From positions 1 to 64,000 of the IMG/VR virus record IMGVR_UViG_3300036803_000040: a stretch of DNA of 64,000 nt; one strand, given 5' to 3'. Positions 1 through 9,441 of the stretch are shown here, piece after piece; position 1 is the stretch's first letter, and every line of letters begins with the position of its first letter. The translations under genes were made by a program, and so were the position numbers. Below the pieces are notes generated by a model. That model made no database searches. It worked only from the letters and a program-made list of their open reading frames with translations, and was not told the origin of the DNA. The stretch comes from a virus (taxonomy: Duplodnaviria > Caudoviricetes).

Positions 1-1906
1 CGCGAGCTCCCGCCTCGAGCCACTCCGCCTCGAGCGCCCCGTCGCCGGCGCCGCCCGAGCCCTGCGAATTGGCGCCGTAAGGCTGCTGGCCCGAGTCCGG
101 CGAATCGTTCGCGCCGGCGCCCGCGCCCGAGCCCGTGGCCCCGTCAGGCGCGCCCTGGCCCGGCGTGCCGGCGAACGAGCCCGTCGCGTTGCCCGTCGTC
201 TGCTGCGGGCCGATGCCGCCCGGCATGCCCTTCTGCGGCAGGCACTCCTCGACGGCGCGGCTCACGTCGTCGATCCCGATCTGCTCAAACAGGAACCGCA
301 GCAGGATCCGGCGCAGCGGAATGTTCACGCCGTTGGGATCCTGCGTCTGCGAGACGGTCTGCACCACGCTCACGACGTCGGCGAGCATCCGCCGGCCAGG
401 GAACGGCATCGAGAACTCATAGCTCAGATCCTTGTCGGTGCGCTTCTCCATCGCCGCGCGATCCTCCGCCTCCTGCAGCCGCATCTCAGACAGCGGCTTG
501 TCCCCATCGAGCGACTGCCCCCCGCCGAGCTGGCCAGCCTTGACCGCCTCCTCGATCGCCCGGTCAGTGAACCACCGGTACAGCTGCTCGAAATACTCCT
601 GCCACGCGCCGACGCGCATCGTGGCCGGCAGCTCAAGCGTCGCCGCGGTGGCCAGGTTCGCATCCGACGAGTCGCCGAGATAATGCTGACCGAACCCCGA
701 GCTCGCCGCGATCGGCGCCCGGACGATCTGCGCGGTCTGCGCCATCTGCGCCGCGCCGCTGTTCAGGTTCAGCGACTCGAGCTTGGAGCTGTTCATCTGC
801 TCCGTCCACCACGAGCCCGGCGGATACGGGCCCGGCGTGCCCGGCGCCGCGAACGGCTCCGTCGTCGGCTCCGCGTTGCCGGCCACGCCCCAGCCGGCCG
901 CGGGCCGGAACGCTGCCGAGCCGAGCTCGCCGGCGGTTGTCAGCACCGACTGCGCCGCCTTCGTGATCTGCCGCGGCGAACCATTCACGGCCCGCCGGGC
1001 GATGAACGTCGACGCCGCCTGCGCCATCGTCACGTGCGCCTCAGTCAGCACGTTCATGGCGGTGAAGAATCGGAGCGACCGGGCCCACGGCGGATTGCCG
1101 CGCAGCTGCTCACCGGTCTGATTGATCGCCACGTGGTAGACGCGGCCCTTCGCGAGCTTGTCCGGCGGCGGCTCGACGAGCGGCTCTTCGTCATCCTCGA
1201 CGCCGAGCCGCTCCCGGTCGTTCTTCGCGTCGTCGACGTTGCGCCAGTGCGGCCAATACTTCACCTTCAGCCGGCCCTGATCGCCGTAGATCGTCGACAC
1301 CTCGGGCATGTCGGAGTCGAAATTCCACTTCTGCGGCGGGATGTCAGCCACCACGTAATACAGCGCCATGTTCGCGTCTTCGGGATCGGTGACGATCGTC
1401 TGCACCCGGTCGGCGTCGATCTTGCCGACGCGGATCTTCCCGCCGCCGGTGTAGTAGGTGATGAACAGCTCCGCCGACGTCAGCAGCTCATTGCTCATCC
1501 GGCGCTGCGCCTGATAGCCCGTGAGCTTCTGCTCATTCACCGGATCCGACCAGGCGGAGTCGATCACGTCCTGCACCGCCGGGTTGCGCGCCGTCGGCTT
1601 GCTGATGCCCTTGCCGAACCCAAAGTTGGCGAGCAGCTCCGCCTCAGCCCCCGCGAGCGGATCCTGCAGCAGCGCGATCCTCGAGCGCTGCGCCAGCCGC
1701 CGGCGCTGCTCCCGGCGCATCTCCTGCGGCCGACCCCCGAAATAGTCCAGCGAGTGAAGCGCGAGCTCCTCAGCGTCGCTCGCGAACTCTTGGAACTCCT
1801 GCTCCATCGTCTGCCAGCGCTGCACCTGGCGCGCCGGCAGCACGCTCACACCGAGCCGCTCCTCCGCCTCGACGAGTATCCGCTTGCCGATGTCAGCGAG
1901 CGCCAT
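1..1906 (-). CDS. Portal protein (3'-truncated by window edge; not in ORF track)
   Basis: Manual translation from ATG 1906: MALADIGKRILVEAEERLG...DPLAGAEAELLANFGFGKG...YHVAINQTGEQLRGNPPWARSLRF...; open to base 1; downstream of terL; portal-like length. Confidence 0.75.
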   Translation of the reverse strand, partial: MALADIGKRILVEAEERLGVSVLPARQVQRWQTMEQEFQEFASDAEELALHSLDYFGGRPQEMRREQRRRLAQRSRIALLQDPLAGAEAELLANFGFGKGISKPTARNPAVQDVIDSAWSDPVNEQKLTGYQAQRRMSNELLTSAELFITYYTGGGKIRVGKIDADRVQTIVTDPEDANMALYYVVADIPPQKWNFDSDMPEVSTIYGDQGRLKVKYWPHWRNVDDAKNDRERLGVEDDEEPLVEPPPDKLAKGRVYHVAINQTGEQLRGNPPWARSLRFFTAMNVLTEAHVTMAQAASTFIARRAVNGSPRQITKAAQSVLTTAGELGSAAFRPAAGWGVAGNAEPTTEPFAAPGTPGPYPPGSWWTEQMNSSKLESLNLNSGAAQMAQTAQIVRAPIAASSGFGQHYLGDSSDANLATAATLELPATMRVGAWQEYFEQLYRWFTDRAIEEAVKAGQLGGGQSLDGDKPLSEMRLQEAEDRAAMEKRTDKDLSYEFSMPFPGRRMLADVVSVVQTVSQTQDPNGVNIPLRRILLRFLFEQIGIDDVSRAVEECLPQKGMPGGIGPQQTTGNATGSFAGTPGQGAPDGATGSGAGAGANDSPDSGQQPYGANSQGSGGAGDGALEAEWLEAGAR

Positions 1907-2108
1907 TCAACCCTCGCTCGAAATCACGGAGCTGCACCATCGTCCCGCGCGCCTTGTCGAACAGGCGCCGGCGTGTCGCCTCTGACGCCCCGCCCCGGCA
2001 CGCCGCCCCATACGCCTCCCACGCCGCCCCGTCCGTCTCCCTCAGCCGCCGGTGCCGCGGCGTGAGCTCGGGCTCGGCCGACGCCGGCGCTGCCTTCTGG
2101 CCGATCAC
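1893..2108 (-). CDS. Hypothetical protein
   Basis: GTG 2108 overlaps the upstream stop; VIGQKAAPAS... Confidence 0.45.
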   Translation of the reverse strand: MIGQKAAPASAEPELTPRHRRLRETDGAAWEAYGAACRGGASEATRRRLFDKARGTMVQLRDFERGLNGAR

Positions 2109-2608
2109 CTGCCGGCCTCGGGCGCGAGCAGATCGAGATCCCGACGCGCCTGCCGCCACGGATCCGATGCCTCGTGAGACGCCCGGCCGAACTGCACCGG
2201 CACCTCCTCACCATCCGGAGCGACGCCCATCGCGACCGGCTCGGGCTCGACCGGATCCGTCAAGCCGTCCTTCCCGGCGAGATACCGCTTGCGGTGCGTC
2301 TGCCACGTCGGACAGTACGTGTAGCTCGCGCGGCCCTGACCATCCTCGTCAGTGACCACCGGCACGGCGTCACCGTGACACAACCCGCTGACCGTCGACG
2401 GGTCACTCTTCAGGTTCAGGAACACGCCGCCCTCAGTCTCGCGGAGCACCTCGAGCTGCCGCGGGTTCATGTCAAGGCCGGCGTCATCCTCCTGATCGGC
2501 CTCCATGATCCGGCAGACAACCCCCTGCTGGCCACGGGACGCGCCGGCGATCGGAAGAGCTGCCGGACACGCGGGTTCGTGACTGAGCACGGGGAGCTCT
2601 CGAGCCAT
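2105..2608 (-). CDS. Hypothetical protein (probable leaderless start at ATG 2608)
   Basis: MARELPVL...; TATGCT lies 7 nt upstream of the ATG. Confidence 0.55.
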   Translation of the reverse strand: MARELPVLSHEPACPAALPIAGASRGQQGVVCRIMEADQEDDAGLDMNPRQLEVLRETEGGVFLNLKSDPSTVSGLCHGDAVPVVTDEDGQGRASYTYCPTWQTHRKRYLAGKDGLTDPVEPEPVAMGVAPDGEEVPVQFGRASHEASDPWRQARRDLDLLAPEAGR

Positions 2609-2615
2609 GCCGGGC

Positions 2616-2644
2616 AGCATAGCCCCGAAACCGGCGTGATCACG
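2616..2644 (-). promoter_or_regulatory. Putative late-class leaderless promoter CGTGAT-N17-TATGCT
   Basis: Same geometry as the stronger copies at 12982, 35443 and 60578. Confidence 0.35.
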
Positions 2645-2651
2645 CAAGCGA

Positions 2652-2678
2652 GCCCGGTCACCGTTCAGATGACCGGGC
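2652..2678 (-). terminator. Hairpin after mIHF
   Basis: gcccggtca/tgaccgggc 9-bp stem, 9-nt loop. Confidence 0.45.
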
Positions 2679-2725
2679 CCGGCCCGCGTGCAGGATCCGA
2701 CCCTCAGCGCCCCGCGACTACAGCA

Positions 2726-3061
2726 CTACCGGCAGACAGAACCTCGCAGCACCGCCACGAGCTCGCCACGCTGCCGGTCAGACAAGCCGCCGATCGTCTT
2801 GCTCGGCGAGATCCGATGCCTGGCCAGGATCTTGTTCACCTTCACCCGCCCGAACTTCGGCGCGGCCAGCATCAGATCGAGCACCTTCATCGTCTCCACC
2901 ATCGCCGGCGGCTCGAGCAGCACCTCATCCACCCGCTTGCGGCCATGCTTCAAAGCCCGCTTGAGATCAGCACGGTAAGAGCGCACATCGTTCGCATGCT
3001 GCAGCGCCTCAAAGCGCTGTGTGATGGAACGTTCAGGGGCAGCCATCGTCGTCGCCTGCAA
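2726..3061 (-). CDS. mihF: Actinobacterial integration host factor (mIHF/sIHF, S13-like H2TH)
   Basis: RFEALQHANDVRSYRADLKRALK...KVLDLMLAAPKFGRVKVNKIL...ISPSKTIGGLSDRQRGEL; GAGGAGG RBS before TTG. Confidence 0.88.
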   Translation of the reverse strand: MQATTMAAPERSITQRFEALQHANDVRSYRADLKRALKHGRKRVDEVLLEPPAMVETMKVLDLMLAAPKFGRVKVNKILARHRISPSKTIGGLSDRQRGELVAVLRGSVCR

Positions 3062-3132
3062 GGTGGACCCTCCTCAGAGTCGCTAGTTATTTTGGCCTGC
3101 ACACACAACCCCCTGTGCGCGCTTCGGTCACC

Positions 3133-3492
3133 TTACCCCGATGTCACCTCCGATCCACCCGCGGCACCGATCCACGCCTCAAAGTGTTCAGGATCGAAGC
3201 CGCTAAACGCCGCCACCATCACCTCCTGCACGCCGGCCAACAGGTACAGCGCGACCTGATGCGCGCGATCGTCCGGCCAGTTGCGCTGCCGGCATATCAC
3301 CGCGGCCATCATCTCCGTCGCATACGCCACCGGCGCGTAGGCATAGACCGGCAGCGGCAGCTCGCCGCGTGGCGTGCCTGCGAGCGTCTCCCTGGCCACG
3401 TGGTAGACGCCATCGGCGATCACCGTCGCCTCATCGCGCCCAGCTCGAGCTGCCGCCTTACGCGTCGCTGCGCGCTGCCGGGTGCGAGCCAT
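3133..3492 (-). CDS. Hypothetical protein
   Basis: 119-aa ORF in operon context. Confidence 0.6.
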   Translation of the reverse strand: MARTRQRAATRKAAARAGRDEATVIADGVYHVARETLAGTPRGELPLPVYAYAPVAYATEMMAAVICRQRNWPDDRAHQVALYLLAGVQEVMVAAFSGFDPEHFEAWIGAAGGSEVTSG

Positions 3493-3645
3493 CTACGGCT
3501 TCTGCTCGGGCGCCGGCGGCTGCTGCTCGGGCTCGAGCGGCGGCTGCGGAGATCCGGCCGGCGGACCGGACAGGCTCGACAACGCGCCGCGGATCCCGCC
3601 GGCGATCCCCGCCACCACGTACTCGAACATCTTGGACAGCTTCAC
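3493..3645 (-). CDS. Small hypothetical protein (50 aa, not in track)
   Basis: Manual: MKLSKMFEYVVAGIAGGIRGALSSLSGPP...; fills the gap with a GTGA overlap. Confidence 0.5.
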   Translation of the reverse strand: MKLSKMFEYVVAGIAGGIRGALSSLSGPPAGSPQPPLEPEQQPPAPEQKP

Positions 3646-3944
3646 GATTCCCCCTCGGGTTGACTGAGCTCAGCCTCGCACTCCGGGCAGACGTGAAACC
3701 GCGGGCGATCGCGCGGCACGATCGCGCCGGCGTGAATCATCGCGTGCCGAAACAGCGGCGTCACCCGGTCGAACTCGACCTCGCCGCGGCGGAACGCCTC
3801 GACGGCCTCGTGATGCAGCCGGTGCGGCATCGCACCCCCCACCACCCGCATCGCGTCCGCGAGCTCGAGCACGCCGGCCGCGCCCTTCAGCCGCTCCTCT
3901 TTGACGACGGCCGTCAAGTCGGGCACCTGCCGCCGGAAGCCCAT
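3642..3944 (-). CDS. Hypothetical protein with CxxC
   Basis: FHVCPECEAEL. Confidence 0.6.
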   Translation of the reverse strand: MGFRRQVPDLTAVVKEERLKGAAGVLELADAMRVVGGAMPHRLHHEAVEAFRRGEVEFDRVTPLFRHAMIHAGAIVPRDRPRFHVCPECEAELSQPEGES

Positions 3945-4471
3945 CAGATCCCCGTCTCAGCCGCGGCGATCAGCTCATCGAGCACGTCCTCGCTGATCAG
4001 CCCGAGCCCGCCCGACTCGAGCTCCTCCTGATGGCGCATGATGACCGCGTGCACCGCGGCGCGCTTGCGCACGAGCGCGCTGATCGCCACCGGCGACGAC
4101 GGCACCACCACCTCCGCGGAGCGCACCCGCGCCGTCAGCAGCTCGAGCACCTCGGAGAGATCCTCCGCCGCCTCATCCGCCCCAGCCTCACGCGCCGTCA
4201 GCTGCGCGTTGACGATCTTCGCCCGGAGCACTGCGGCCCCGTCCACGATCGCCGTGCCGCGGACCACCGCGAGCGCCTGATCCAGCTGTACGCGAGCCGA
4301 CATCACCGCCGCCTCGACCTGCTCGCGCGGCGTGCGCGGCGACCGCGGCGCCGGCGTCATGTCCACCATGCGGTCACTCTCCTGCTCCCGCAGCATGCGC
4401 TCACTGCGCTCCTGCTCACTCCGCCGCGCCCGCTCGTCATATGCCGCCTCGCTCGGATCTATCCGTACCAC
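3944..4471 (-). CDS. Hypothetical helical protein
   Basis: GGAGG RBS, GTG start, TGATG coupling to next gene. Confidence 0.6.
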   Translation of the reverse strand: MVRIDPSEAAYDERARRSEQERSERMLREQESDRMVDMTPAPRSPRTPREQVEAAVMSARVQLDQALAVVRGTAIVDGAAVLRAKIVNAQLTAREAGADEAAEDLSEVLELLTARVRSAEVVVPSSPVAISALVRKRAAVHAVIMRHQEELESGGLGLISEDVLDELIAAAETGI

Positions 4472-4501
4472 CGTCGCCTCCGTTCGGTTGCCTCAGCACA
4501 G

Positions 4502-4516
4502 GATAACGCATTTATC
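4502..4516. promoter_or_regulatory. 15-bp box variant GATAAC-GCAT-TTATC (fully palindromic arms)
   Basis: Upstream of 3944..4471; minus strand reads TATCCT. Confidence 0.6.
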
Positions 4517-4688
4517 ACGGGTACGAGCGGCCGATCAGCCGCGCGTGACGCCGCTCCGCTCGCGCCAGCCGACGATCCAGCCGGTCAGCCTGCGCCGGCG
4601 TCATCGTCAACTCCCTGCGACGCCGCTCGGCGCGCAGCTTCTCGACCTTGAGCGCAGCCCGACAGCTTCGCCACCACCTGATCGTCAC
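4515..4688 (-). CDS. Small basic hypothetical protein
   Basis: GTG 4688 overlaps the upstream stop. Confidence 0.45.
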   Translation of the reverse strand: MTIRWWRSCRAALKVEKLRAERRRRELTMTPAQADRLDRRLARAERRHARLIGRSYP

Positions 4689-4903
4689 GGTGTCACCTCG
4701 ATGCGCGTCGCTGTCACGTTCCCGACGCACGTGCGCTCGCTCGCCGCGGCGACCTCAAAGCGCATCGTGATCGTCAACGCCTCGCCCTCGACCGGTGGCC
4801 GGCCGAGCATCCTCTCGACGAACACCAGCGGCACCGCCTGCCGCTGGACGACGAGCGACGGGATCCCATCGGTGAGCGTAGGTGCCCCATCGAGCTCGCT
4901 CAC
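4685..4903 (-). CDS. Hypothetical protein
   Basis: 72-aa ORF with overlaps at both ends. Confidence 0.55.
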   Translation of the reverse strand: MSELDGAPTLTDGIPSLVVQRQAVPLVFVERMLGRPPVEGEALTITMRFEVAAASERTCVGNVTATRIEVTP

Positions 4904-5370
4904 GGCGTCACCTCGAGCACGAACACCTCGCCGTCCTCGACGCCCTCAATCGCGGCCTTGACCAGCTTGCCGATCGCCTCCGCGTCAAGCGCCTCAGCGA
5001 TCGCCATCGTCAACCGGACCGTCGGCTCGCTGCCGCCGGCGAACGCGGTGCCCCACTGCGGAGCTTCCCGCGGCGCGGCCTGCTCGTCCTCCTCGAGCTG
5101 ATCCGGCGGATCCGGTGTGCGCACCACCACCGGCCCCGGTCCCTGCTGCGCGCCGTCGAGCTCGTCCAGCGACGGGCCCTGCCACTCACCCGGCGCCACC
5201 TCGACCGCCTTGCCGTGCTCGCGCAGCGTGTTCAGCATGCCCATCGCATCGTTATGGCCCACCTCGAACTCCTCACGGACCTGAGCGACCGTCACACGAT
5301 CGTCCGTCTCCGCAGCGACCGTCAACAGCCGCTCGAGCTCGCGGAGATCCTCACTCGCCGGCGCGGCCAT
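4900..5370 (-). CDS. Putative winged-helix DNA-binding protein
   Basis: VTVAQVREEFEVGHNDAMGMLNTLREHGKAVEVAPGEW. Confidence 0.5.
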   Translation of the reverse strand: MAAPASEDLRELERLLTVAAETDDRVTVAQVREEFEVGHNDAMGMLNTLREHGKAVEVAPGEWQGPSLDELDGAQQGPGPVVVRTPDPPDQLEEDEQAAPREAPQWGTAFAGGSEPTVRLTMAIAEALDAEAIGKLVKAAIEGVEDGEVFVLEVTP

Positions 5371-5848
5371 TGAGCACCTCCCCCACAACCTCGAGCACCG
5401 TGTCGATCAGCTCTGCAGAGTGCTCGGGTTGCAGCGAGTGCCGATCCCACAGCAGCCGCTCGGCCTCCGTGCGGACCCGCGGCTTGAGCTCGGAGAACCG
5501 CTCGACGTTGCCCGTGGCCACATAGAGCGCCTGACCATCGTGCGTCTTGCGCCCACTATCCGCGTAGCCGAGCGGCGGCTCGGGATCCGGCTCGAGCGCC
5601 CGCCACGCCGCCACGGCCTCCGACGTCGGCAGCACGAGCTGCAGCGCCGTCGGCCGATCGACCGCGGCCCCGATCTGATCGCCCACGTACACCAGTCCGC
5701 ACGCGATCGCGTTCGCGAGCTCGGCCAGCACATTCGCCAACTCCTCGCTCGTGTTCATCGCAACGACCCCCGCGGCGCCGCCATGTCTCAGCGTCGCGGC
5801 CCGCGGATTGAACGGCTCATCCGCCGGCGGCATCCGGTGCACACTCAT
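5351..5848 (-). CDS. Hypothetical protein
   Basis: 165-aa ORF in operon. Confidence 0.55.
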   Translation of the reverse strand: MSVHRMPPADEPFNPRAATLRHGGAAGVVAMNTSEELANVLAELANAIACGLVYVGDQIGAAVDRPTALQLVLPTSEAVAAWRALEPDPEPPLGYADSGRKTHDGQALYVATGNVERFSELKPRVRTEAERLLWDRHSLQPEHSAELIDTVLEVVGEVLNGRAGE

Positions 5849-6282
5849 CGGGGCACCTCGCGGATTCCGCCGGCTCCGTCATGCTCGACAGGCCGGCCCA
5901 CGCTCCGAGCCCAGCTGGCGGCATCCTCAGCATGCTCGGCCGCGGCCGCGGCGCGCTGAGCCTCGATCGCCTCCTCACGCAGCCGCTCGAGCGCCGGCAC
6001 CGGCCGCGGCTCGGCCGACCGGAGACTGCGGTCCAGATGCAGCATCACCTGCGCCGTGCCCACCGTCTCACCGTCGCGCGTCACCGACAGATACCGCCAG
6101 TGATGCTCGCTCGTCGGGGCGAGCTGCGCCGCATCGAAGCCGAGCGCCGGCACGAGCTCGCGGAGCTCCTCCTCCGTGCTCGCCTCAAAGCGCAGCTCCA
6201 AGCCGCGCGGCGTCGGCGCGCCCGGCGGAAAGTCCATCTCGATCACGAACTCCTCCGTGATCTCCACTCCGTACTTCGCCAT
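5845..6282 (-). CDS. Hypothetical protein
   Basis: AGGAGG RBS; 15-bp box upstream. Confidence 0.65.
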   Translation of the reverse strand: MAKYGVEITEEFVIEMDFPPGAPTPRGLELRFEASTEEELRELVPALGFDAAQLAPTSEHHWRYLSVTRDGETVGTAQVMLHLDRSLRSAEPRPVPALERLREEAIEAQRAAAAAEHAEDAASWARSVGRPVEHDGAGGIREVPR

Positions 6283-6315
6283 CTCGTCGCCTCCTGCTCG
6301 GGGTACGCGACGGAA

Positions 6316-6330
6316 GATAACAGACTGATC
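6316..6330. promoter_or_regulatory. 15-bp box GATAAC-AGAC-TGATC overlapping -10 TATCTT
   Basis: Exact consensus, intergenic. Confidence 0.75.
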
Positions 6331-6336
6331 AGCCGT

Positions 6337-6837
6337 TCAGTGGATCGGACACTTGATCGTCGACGGGCCCCCACACGTGCAGCCATGCGCTCGCGCGGTC
6401 GGCCCGCCTGGCGTGCGCTGAACCTCACGGTGCGGCTCAGCCTCCGGAGCGGCCGCGGCGAGACGCGCGAGCTCCTCATTGCGCTTCACCACCGACACCG
6501 ACGGCGGCGCGTCCGGACCGTTCTCGTCCAGCCACGCGAACTCGATCATCTCCATGAACGTCGCGCCTGGCCGGCACGTCTCAGCGAAATCACAATCCTG
6601 GCGGTTGCACGCGCTCATCGTCATCACCGGCTGCGTATCGCGCGGATCCAGCGAGGTGAACTTCAGGCCCATCGTGATCCGCCGGCCGCAGCCGTTGCAG
6701 CGGGCGCCGAGCTTGTGCTCGAGCATCTCCTGCACACGCCGCGCCTCCTCGTCACTGATCGTCTTCACGGTCAGATCCACGGCACGCGCGCCGCCGGCGA
6801 TCCTGCGAGCTCCGTTGCTGCCCGGCTTAGCCATCAC
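6337..6837 (-). CDS. Cys-rich putative zinc-binding protein
   Basis: CNGC...CNRQDC; C-terminal GCTCGGPSTIKCPIH. Confidence 0.6.
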   Translation of the reverse strand: MMAKPGSNGARRIAGGARAVDLTVKTISDEEARRVQEMLEHKLGARCNGCGRRITMGLKFTSLDPRDTQPVMTMSACNRQDCDFAETCRPGATFMEMIEFAWLDENGPDAPPSVSVVKRNEELARLAAAAPEAEPHREVQRTPGGPTARAHGCTCGGPSTIKCPIH

Positions 6838-6843
6838 AACCTC

Positions 6844-7185
6844 CTATGCGCCGGCGCCGACGAGCTCGCGCTCCTCGACCGGTCCGCTCGTGTCAAGTCC
6901 GGCCAGCACGTAGGCCGCGCGGCCGCGGTCATCCTCACCTGGCGGCTGCTCAGAATCCTTCACGTAGCCGATCGTCTCCACCGGCGCCTTCTCGAGCTCG
7001 GGCACCCAATACGCCACGTGCGCCACCGCGACCTTCTCGCAGTTACGCATCCCGCAGCCACCGTTGCCAGGACAGCGGCCCACCTCGATCTCATTCGGCA
7101 GCGGGTTCTCGTCGCTCATCCCGAACACGAGCCCCTTCGCCCCGTCGAACGGACCGCCGAACAGCAGCATGTCGAAGTAGATCAC
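6844..7185 (-). CDS. Hypothetical protein (GGPxDG motif, Cys-rich)
   Basis: LFGGPFDG; CPGNGGCGMRNC. Confidence 0.55.
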   Translation of the reverse strand: MIYFDMLLFGGPFDGAKGLVFGMSDENPLPNEIEVGRCPGNGGCGMRNCEKVAVAHVAYWVPELEKAPVETIGYVKDSEQPPGEDDRGRAAYVLAGLDTSGPVEERELVGAGA

Positions 7186-7550
7186 GGCGCGGACTCTATC
7201 CGTGACCGGCGCTCCTCGAAATCCATCTGCACAACCCACGCGCCGCAGCTCGCCCCGAGCGACATCACGGCCTGCCGTAGCCCGCTGAGCGCCTCGCGCT
7301 CCTCCTCGACCGCCGGCGTGACCGGCAGCCCCATGTCCTGCGCCTGCTTCTGCCGGCCTCGAGCCTGCGCCACCTGCTTGCTCACCGCGCCGACATGCTG
7401 GATCGATCGCACCAGCTCCGTCTGCGAGCCGAGCTGCTCACGCTCGATGACGAGATCATGCAGCTGATCACCGACACGCTCCCGGAGCTCGCGGACCAGC
7501 GCCGACACCTCACCATAAGGATCGTCCGTCTTCTTACGCGTCGCGCTCAC
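7182..7550 (-). CDS. Coiled-coil hypothetical protein
   Basis: Helical heptad-rich 122 aa, coupled to the terL stop. Confidence 0.55.
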   Translation of the reverse strand: MSATRKKTDDPYGEVSALVRELRERVGDQLHDLVIEREQLGSQTELVRSIQHVGAVSKQVAQARGRQKQAQDMGLPVTPAVEEEREALSGLRQAVMSLGASCGAWVVQMDFEERRSRIESAP

Positions 7551-9406
7551 CGCAGCAAATCCCCTTCATCGAAGCCGGGCCGGTAGATAGCGGGATTATC
7601 ACTAACCAGCCGGACGCGCTGAAAGCCGAGCTGCTCATCAGTCTGGATCTGCGGCGCCGGGCCCATCAGCGCGTTCGCGCCGCCACGCATCCGCCACAGC
7701 TCGGTAGCGACCAGCGCGTACACGTCAGCGTGCGCATAGTCATCGCCCATCGTGCCCGTCGACACGTACACCCGCCGCGGGTTACCTCGAGTGTCGAGCT
7801 TGACCGTCCGCTTGGGAGCTCGCATCTGATCAAGCCACTTCGGCGGCGGCGTGCGCAGCGGCAGGTTGCGCAGCTGCCGGATCGAATCCATCATCGCGTC
7901 GATCGCCTCGGTCCGGTTCACCCGCACCTTGAGCGGCACCCCCTCGAGCGGCGTGCCGGCCTCACCCACCTCGGTGAGCTTGATTGCGTCTGACTCGTTC
8001 CTGGCGTCGTACTCCACCAGCACCACCCTGCCGGGCGCGTAGCGCTTCTGTAGCGCCCTGGCCATGCGCCGCTCCGGGTTGGCGTCGATCGCGACCTGCA
8101 TCGGGTGAAACCGGTCGATCAGCTTCATCAGCTCATCGAAGCTGCTGACCTCGCCGATCCACAATGCGCGCCGCGGGTTGGGGACCGACGGGTGCTCGGC
8201 CGGCAGCTGCTCATCGATCCGGACCGTGAGATCGCGCTCGCCGGCGACGTCGACGCCCATCGTCACCGGATGCGCGCCGCCGTAGAAGTCCTGGCGATCG
8301 CCGCCGAGCTCGCATGCCGCCAGCAGCGCCGCGACATCCAACGACGCCTCAGACGCGCTGTAGGGCCGGCCCAAGTCGTTGTTCTCGAACGCCTCGACGT
8401 CCTGCGGCAGCGTCCGCCTCGACGCCCGCACGATCTGCTTCAGATCCGTGTTCGGGACGATCAGCCGCGACGCGTGAAAGCCGATCACCTCACGGCCCGG
8501 CTGCGTCGCCACCCACCTACCGCCGGCGATGTCCGCCTCGATCGACTCGCCGCAGCGCGAGCACTCCCGCCACACCTCCGCGACCGCACGGGGATCCTCG
8601 AACTCGTCACGGCCGGCGCGGCACACCTTCCCGTCGACGGTCGTGCGCCACCGCACGCTCTCCTCCCACGTGACTTCCTGCTCGTGATCGCACTCGTGGC
8701 AGGTCACCATCCACACCCGCTTGTCGCTCTGCTCCCACGCCTCAGAGATCCCGTAGCCGTCGATCGTCGGCGTGCCCAGCCGCCGGATCCGCGGGTGCCG
8801 GCCGAGCTGCCGAGCTCCCGTGATGCGCCGCTCGATCTGCGGCAGGTTCGTCGCGTCGAGAAAGTCGTACTCGTCGAACACGAGATACTGCGCCGCGACC
8901 GACTGCGCGCCGGCCTTGGAATTGCTCCCCCGGAGATGCAGGAACCCGCGGCCGATCCGCTTCAGCCGCTTATGCCGCACGAACGACCGCGGGATCCGAG
9001 CTCGCAGATACGCCGACTCGTCGATCGCCGGCTCGATGCGTTCATCCCCGAACTCGGTGACGTGCGTGTCGGTCGGGAAGATGTAGACGCCCGTCTCGCC
9101 GAACTGATCAGTGCGGCGCACCGCCCACCGCCACGCGTAAGCCGACATGCCCACCTGCGTCGACTTGAGCCACACGACCTCCTCAGCGTCGGCCACCTCG
9201 TCGCTGTACCAGGCCCGCTGATACGGGAACAGCTCGAAGTTCAGCGGCCCGAACCCCGGCTCGGGGATCAGCGCCGCATACTCGAGCATCGGCCGCGCGA
9301 GCTCGGCCTGTTCCTGGCGCTGCTCCCGGCGCACGTCCGCCGTGCTGGCACGCCACTCGAATCGATCCTCGCGAACCCTGCGGCGCTGTACCGGGCGAGT
9401 GGCCAC
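7547..9406 (-). CDS. terL: Terminase large subunit, lambda GpA type
   Basis: Walker A variant KSTQVGMS, Walker B LVFDEYD, coupling motif GTPT, CxxC...CxxC finger, nuclease MGVDVAG and DDYAHA. Confidence 0.92.
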   Translation of the reverse strand: MATRPVQRRRVREDRFEWRASTADVRREQRQEQAELARPMLEYAALIPEPGFGPLNFELFPYQRAWYSDEVADAEEVVWLKSTQVGMSAYAWRWAVRRTDQFGETGVYIFPTDTHVTEFGDERIEPAIDESAYLRARIPRSFVRHKRLKRIGRGFLHLRGSNSKAGAQSVAAQYLVFDEYDFLDATNLPQIERRITGARQLGRHPRIRRLGTPTIDGYGISEAWEQSDKRVWMVTCHECDHEQEVTWEESVRWRTTVDGKVCRAGRDEFEDPRAVAEVWRECSRCGESIEADIAGGRWVATQPGREVIGFHASRLIVPNTDLKQIVRASRRTLPQDVEAFENNDLGRPYSASEASLDVAALLAACELGGDRQDFYGGAHPVTMGVDVAGERDLTVRIDEQLPAEHPSVPNPRRALWIGEVSSFDELMKLIDRFHPMQVAIDANPERRMARALQKRYAPGRVVLVEYDARNESDAIKLTEVGEAGTPLEGVPLKVRVNRTEAIDAMMDSIRQLRNLPLRTPPPKWLDQMRAPKRTVKLDTRGNPRRVYVSTGTMGDDYAHADVYALVATELWRMRGGANALMGPAPQIQTDEQLGFQRVRLVSDNPAIYRPGFDEGDLLR

Positions 9407-9414
9407 GGCACCGG

Positions 9415-9441
9415 AGTCTAGACCGCGATCAGTCAGCTATC
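9415..9441 (-). promoter_or_regulatory. Leaderless terL promoter (TAGACT, 8 nt before GTG) overlapped by a 15-bp box variant (9427-9441)
   Basis: Minus strand: cgcGATAGCtgacTGATCgcggtcTAGACTccggtgccGTG. Confidence 0.55.

Noticed and set aside
2105-2720. Riboswitch or structured ncRNA upstream of 2105
   Set aside because: Explained by a terminator hairpin, a promoter and an N-terminal ORF extension; no recognisable aptamer.
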